DNA from: Chthonomonadales bacterium
GTDB taxonomy: Bacteria; Armatimonadota; Chthonomonadetes; Chthonomonadales; CAJBBX01
Assembly (NCBI GenBank): GCA_049967475.1
Contig: JBMFSQ010000020.1
Coordinates: 1 to 63,567, forward strand
DNA: 63,567 nt
Direction: 5' to 3'
Part shown: piece after piece, positions 58,992 through 63,567 of the stretch
Numbering within the stretch: position 1 is the first letter of the stretch
Layout: each line of letters opens with the position of its first letter
The notes under the pieces: model-generated
Told to the model about the DNA's origin: nothing
The model's database searches: none
The model's input: only the letters and a program-made list of their open reading frames with translations
Made by a program: the position numbers and the translations under genes

Positions 58992-61229
58992 TCACCGTGC
59001 CTCCGCAGCGGCACTCTTTCGCATCAGAAGCCAGTCTTTTTTCAGTTCTGCGCGCAGCAAGGCCAGCGCAGCCCTTGCGCGCCCTACCTGCTCTACCGAT
59101 GCATCGCTCCCGGCATATCGGGCTTCTACAGCGAGGGTTGTGAGTTCCTCCATGGCGCTGATTACGCCAGGAACCCCCTTGAGGCGGTTCTGAAGCATCT
59201 CCAGATACTCCCAAGGGGTCATGGCAGGAGGGCGCGGAAGGCCGCTTCTGGCCAGCCTCCTCTCGGCGTAAAGGTACGCCTGCAGAATGGCGAGATTGTT
59301 TGCCGGGAGCACCAGCATGGTCACGCGGTTCCGCGTCCGGCGCATGCGATCAAATGCCTCGACTTTGAGCACGTACGCGATCATTGCGGCGAAGGCAAGG
59401 ATGCCCAGCGGGGGAAGCCAACCGCGGCTGAAGAGGACACCCCACAGCGACGCCCGGTGCTGCGCGGATGGGTTGGAGGCGCTGATATCCTCTGCATCCG
59501 CAGTGGCGTCAAAGGGCACCCAACCCACTCCGGCAAAGTAGACCTCCGTCCACAGATGTTTGTCGCTTTCCCGCACCACGAATTCGCCCGCGTCGGCGTC
59601 GTAATCGCCCTGAACGAAGCCCGATGCCACGCGGGCGGGGATCCCGGCTGCCCGACAAAGCATTGCCAGGGCGGATGCGAACAGATCGCAGTAGCCCTGC
59701 CTGCTTTCAAACAGGAAATATCCCACGGCATCACGATTGGAGGGCACAGCCGGAGCGCCGGTATTGTATTTGCACTGGCCGGACACGTAATCCGTCAGGG
59801 CGGATGCTTTATCGTACGTATTGTGCATCCCGGCAGTTACCTGTAAAGCGAGGGAGCGGAGGCGGGCGGCAACATCAGGCGGCACCCCATCCATGGCCAG
59901 GTAGTGTACCGCAATGGGGGGCGGAACGGATGCTGGGGCACGCCGAAGGCGGTCGGGAGACTGATCGGGCACTTCCGACACGACGTCATAGACGGCGTTA
60001 GACACGAGTTGCGCCCCGGGCGGTGAAAAGTCCATGGGGCCTCCGCGTGCTCCCGGCCTCGCATAAAGGGAGAGGACCAGATGCACCGTGCCCACGGTGT
60101 CGGCCACGAGCCTTGCCTGGGAAATCTCCACGATGCGCATCTCGGGCGCACCGTAAACGTCGCTGAAGAGGCCGTTGATCAAGCGCACCCTCTGCCGCAG
60201 CGTGTGGGACCCGGACCCTACAGTTTCGTAGGCGCTAACCGGAAGCCGGAAACGGCGCCATGGCGAAGCAAAATCCGCTCCCTCAGCAGCATCAGGCGGT
60301 GTCGTGTCGGGCATCACAACCGATGGCTGGCCAAGGGTATTTCGCCAGCCATGCCCCGTATATTGGTCGAAGGTGGCCCCGCGCCAATAAGAACCGTGTT
60401 CGGCGCGGATGCGCAGAACTTCCTCATGGCTCAAGCTCACGGGTCCTACGCCGATTGGGACCTCGGCGCGCTCCGAGAAGGTGGTATTCGCCGCTGCGCT
60501 CTGAAGATCCGCCTGGCTCGTACCCGACGTTACGGTGGGCGTGAAGATCAGGTGCGACCCAGCCGCACTCATGATCGGTGCGATGAGGTTCGCCAGCAGC
60601 ACAGCTCCCAAGATGCACATCAGCGCCATCTCCAACTGGAGGCCGAGCGACACCCGCGGTTTGGTCCCTTCTCCAGGCGCCCGCCGGCCGGCGCGCAACA
60701 CATTTTCATGCACGAGCATGAAAACCGAAGCCGCAACGAAGAGGGCAAAATAGCCGGTAAGGGCAGGCTCCGTGGTCATGGTTCCCGCCAACCCTGTGAG
60801 GGCGATGGTTGGCACACAGCAGAAAAGGACCGAAGCGTCTGTAACCAAGGTGAAGCTACGGGCCACCGAAAGCCATACCAGCAGCACCACCAAACCGTGA
60901 GCCCGGTCGCCGATCCCGCCGGGCACCGCCTGCAGGGATTGGTCGCTGAGAAAGCCGGCCAAGGCGACCACGGCAGCCAGCGCTGCGCCGGGAAGTTCGA
61001 TTGCCTCTGGAGCGAGGTTCCACATCCTCAACAGGAAGCTCACTGCGAAACCCGCTCCGCTCAGCGCCAGGGTTGCTCCTGCCAACGAGGGGCGTTCCAA
61101 AATGAGGGCGGCAGCCAGAAGACCGCACGCCGTAACGGCGTACCCTGCCAGGTACAGAAACATGGAGGGCGGCGCGGCGATCGCCAGTGTGTCGTCCGTT
61201 CGCCCGGGTTCAACGTTCTGTACTGCCAT
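58992..61229 (-). CDS. TgpA-like membrane transglutaminase-superfamily protein (DUF3488/DUF4129-type)
   Basis: N-terminal TM bundle; YWRG.TFD.YTG.GW; triad GYCDLFA / HLWTEVY / PFDAT. Confidence 0.88.
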   Translation of the reverse strand: MAVQNVEPGRTDDTLAIAAPPSMFLYLAGYAVTACGLLAAALILERPSLAGATLALSGAGFAVSFLLRMWNLAPEAIELPGAALAAVVALAGFLSDQSLQAVPGGIGDRAHGLVVLLVWLSVARSFTLVTDASVLFCCVPTIALTGLAGTMTTEPALTGYFALFVAASVFMLVHENVLRAGRRAPGEGTKPRVSLGLQLEMALMCILGAVLLANLIAPIMSAAGSHLIFTPTVTSGTSQADLQSAAANTTFSERAEVPIGVGPVSLSHEEVLRIRAEHGSYWRGATFDQYTGHGWRNTLGQPSVVMPDTTPPDAAEGADFASPWRRFRLPVSAYETVGSGSHTLRQRVRLINGLFSDVYGAPEMRIVEISQARLVADTVGTVHLVLSLYARPGARGGPMDFSPPGAQLVSNAVYDVVSEVPDQSPDRLRRAPASVPPPIAVHYLAMDGVPPDVAARLRSLALQVTAGMHNTYDKASALTDYVSGQCKYNTGAPAVPSNRDAVGYFLFESRQGYCDLFASALAMLCRAAGIPARVASGFVQGDYDADAGEFVVRESDKHLWTEVYFAGVGWVPFDATADAEDISASNPSAQHRASLWGVLFSRGWLPPLGILAFAAMIAYVLKVEAFDRMRRTRNRVTMLVLPANNLAILQAYLYAERRLARSGLPRPPAMTPWEYLEMLQNRLKGVPGVISAMEELTTLAVEARYAGSDASVEQVGRARAALALLRAELKKDWLLMRKSAAAEAR

Positions 61230-62451
61230 GTTGCACCCATTCCGGCCGCAGCACGCAATCGTCGGTGTCCTTCACAAGGAAGGGCACCGCATCGGCTGCG
61301 CATAGTCGGCCAACAAAACCCTCGACGTCCTGCGGCGCGGCACCCTTGTGCCCGCCTTTGAAGGACGAGCCGTCAGCATAGGCGACCACCACCTGAACTC
61401 CATTGTGAACCAATCGCTGCAGCACTGCCGGCAGCTCCTGATCGAAGCCGGTTGTAAGTGCGATCACGGTAGTACCTGGGAGCAACCGCCCCATCCGAGC
61501 CGGCAGCCGCGTGCTCAGGGGCTCGTCGCCGTCTGCCTCCACCCGGGCGAGTTCCGCAAGGATTGCGTAGAAGTGGTCCATCCCTCTTCCCGAACCGGTG
61601 TCCCGTCCTTGGCTGCCTCCTGTAATCAGGCGGATTGAAGCGCTCTGGCGAAGCGCCTGTTGGGCCAGCGATGCGGCAGTTTGTACGAGGTATTCCAGGG
61701 TGGAATGCTTCCCAATTCCCACATGGGCGTGGCGGCACGTGTCCAGAGCGAGCACCACGTTCATAGCCCGGGCCTCCTCAAATTCAATGACGTTGAGGCG
61801 ACCTGTGCGGGCGGTTGATTTCCAGTGCATCCGGCGCAGAGGATCGCCGGGTATGTATTCGCGCACGCCGTCGGGGTCTATGCCGCTTCCCCGGGTGGCA
61901 GCGATGGGCAAGTCTCGGAAGCCGTAGCGTTCCGCTCCAGAGAGCAGCAGTTCCATGATCGGCTGCGGCCTTGGGAAGACCAGGAATTCGCTTTGGGCGC
62001 GGAACTTTCGGGAGAAGGCAAAGATGCCCAGGGGATCCGAAGCTGTAACCGTCATCCATTCCAGGCGGTAGGATCCGCGCTTGTTGGCCGTTACTCGGTA
62101 GGAGGCACGCACGGATGCCCCTGCGGGAACGCTGAGCACGGGCCGCACTGCGTCGGCCGGCTCGAGCCACTGAGGCAGATGATCCCGCACTTCCAGATAG
62201 AGGCGCGGCAGCCTTCCGCGGTTGCGGGCCGCCACAGCAAACGACACAGTTTCGCCGTCCCACGCGCTGGCCGGCACCTCCCGCCAGACTTCCACATTGG
62301 TGAGCGCGGACATGCCCACCAGGTAACTCACCAAGGGCAGCGCCAGCAGGACGGCAGCCATAAAGTAGAGCTGGGGCATGTTGGTGAGTGCAGCAGAGAT
62401 CACCAGGAAGAAAGAAGCAGTAAAGACCACCCAGCGTTTGTAGGGCTGCAT
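61210..62451 (-). CDS. Membrane-anchored DUF58 protein
   Basis: Two N-terminal TMs; DPLGIF, VREYIPGDPLRRMHWKSTAR, VIEFE. Confidence 0.9.
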   Translation of the reverse strand: MQPYKRWVVFTASFFLVISAALTNMPQLYFMAAVLLALPLVSYLVGMSALTNVEVWREVPASAWDGETVSFAVAARNRGRLPRLYLEVRDHLPQWLEPADAVRPVLSVPAGASVRASYRVTANKRGSYRLEWMTVTASDPLGIFAFSRKFRAQSEFLVFPRPQPIMELLLSGAERYGFRDLPIAATRGSGIDPDGVREYIPGDPLRRMHWKSTARTGRLNVIEFEEARAMNVVLALDTCRHAHVGIGKHSTLEYLVQTAASLAQQALRQSASIRLITGGSQGRDTGSGRGMDHFYAILAELARVEADGDEPLSTRLPARMGRLLPGTTVIALTTGFDQELPAVLQRLVHNGVQVVVAYADGSSFKGGHKGAAPQDVEGFVGRLCAADAVPFLVKDTDDCVLRPEWVQHGSTER

Positions 62452-62475
62452 CGGTACTCCATGGGATCGGGAGGG

Positions 62476-63465
62476 CTATCCTCGCGGCACAGGCGCGGCG
62501 GACCCGGCCTCCCGGCGTGAAGGAGCCACCGGCACCGCGGTGCGCGAGAGAATGTCTGCAAGACACGTTTCTGCGGTGACGGCGCGGCCGCGGTGCTCGG
62601 GCCGAATGATCAACCGATGCGCCAGGACGGGGACTGCCATAGCCTTGATATCGTCCGGCACCACGTATTCCCGGCCCCGCACGGCTGCCCGCGCTTGGGA
62701 AGCGTAGAGGAGGGCTAGTGAGGCCCGGGGACTGGCGCCCAGGGCAATGGCAGGATGCGCTCGTGTGGCGGCAGCGATATCCAAGATGAAATCGTGAAGC
62801 GAAGGATCCACGTAGATGTCCCGCACCTGTTCCTGAAGCCTGGACACCTCGCCTGCGTCTACCACCGCCTCGATTGTGTCTACCGGGCGGGTATGGAGCT
62901 GATTGACGAGGATGCGCCTCTCAAACTCTCGGGCAGGATATCCGATGGAGATGCGCGCCATAAAGCGGTCGAGCTGTGCTTCCGGAAGCGGGTAGGTGCC
63001 CGCGAGCTCGATATTGTTCTGCGTGGCGATCACAAAAAACGGGGAAGGCAAGGCACGCGTTACGCCGTCCACCGTAACCTGACGCTCCTCCATGCATTCC
63101 AACAGGGCAGACTGCGTCTTCGGAGTGGAGCGGTTCACCTCATCGGCAAGGACGATATTCGCAAAGACGGGGCCTGGCCGGAAGTCGAACTCCGAGGTCT
63201 TCTGATTGAATACTGAGGTGCCCGTCACATCAGAGGGAAGCAGGTCGGGCGTAAACTGGATGCGCTTGAACTCGCAACCCAGCGCCCGAGCCAGGGCTTT
63301 GGCCAGCGTCGTCTTCCCCACGCCGGGAATGTCCTCAATGAGCAGATGGCCGCTCGCCAAGAGGACCGCCACGGCAGCCTCGATCGTGTCCCGCTTGCCG
63401 AGGATCGCCTTCTCTACGGCATCTACGATCGCGCGCGTCTGCTCTGCAAGCGGATTTCCATCCAC
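62476..63465 (-). CDS. moxR: MoxR family AAA+ ATPase (second copy)
   Basis: [26 protein letters not shown] and [13 protein letters not shown] motifs. Confidence 0.95.
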   Translation of the reverse strand: MDGNPLAEQTRAIVDAVEKAILGKRDTIEAAVAVLLASGHLLIEDIPGVGKTTLAKALARALGCEFKRIQFTPDLLPSDVTGTSVFNQKTSEFDFRPGPVFANIVLADEVNRSTPKTQSALLECMEERQVTVDGVTRALPSPFFVIATQNNIELAGTYPLPEAQLDRFMARISIGYPAREFERRILVNQLHTRPVDTIEAVVDAGEVSRLQEQVRDIYVDPSLHDFILDIAAATRAHPAIALGASPRASLALLYASQARAAVRGREYVVPDDIKAMAVPVLAHRLIIRPEHRGRAVTAETCLADILSRTAVPVAPSRREAGSAAPVPRG

Positions 63466-63535
63466 CAGGCAATCCCCTCCCCAGCGAATGGCACCGGGAG
63501 GTCCTCACCGCACCGGGCCATCGTCCGTCGTGTCA

Positions 63536-63564
63536 AGTATAGCGTACTGCCCCAAAGGCGTCAA
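63536..63564 (-). promoter_or_regulatory. Sigma-70 promoter of the second moxR operon
   Basis: TTGACG-17 bp-TATACT on the minus strand. Confidence 0.7.
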
Positions 63565-63567
63565 CAG

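Noticed and set aside
58443..61361. 467-aa and 426-aa plus-strand ORFs
   Set aside because: Antisense to holA and the transglutaminase gene; Arg/Ala-rich shadow composition.

Overview
A GC-rich, gene-dense bacterial chromosomal segment. The gene content (DUF6785-like membrane protein, FTLIELL/H-X9-DG prepilin-like protein, tandem small outer-membrane barrels, many exported sugar enzymes) suggests a diderm, probably Armatimonadota-like organism; this is inference only. About 52 CDS are supportable. They include an exported GlcNAc/polysaccharide operon, a hisC-aroF-aroF-tyrA-aroA-cmk-plsC operon, a sugar ABC/glycosidase cluster, an AmmeMemoRadiSam radical SAM gene, two different MoxR-DUF58 systems, PMM/PGM, a divergent dapF, an exported tricorn plus M1 peptidase pair, a pspA operon, rpsT and holA. 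I saw no tRNA, rRNA, CRISPR array or mobile element. The most unusual items are: (1) a secreted protein behind a consensus sigma-54 promoter that carries four PAVQ motifs plus LLPAVQKVREAA and MGDGSVR segments typical of planctomycete DUF1559 proteins; (2) a pspA / membrane coiled-coil / HPD-less J-domain operon; (3) a six-gene MoxR-VWA-prenyltransferase-fold envelope cluster; (4) two DAHP synthases that both have KPST instead of the usual KPRT; (5) a DapF lacking two conserved substrate-binding Asn residues; (6) several candidate structured 5' leaders and operators. All product names come from motif recognition by eye, not database searches. Several start codons were moved from the ORF track to better RBS-supported positions.
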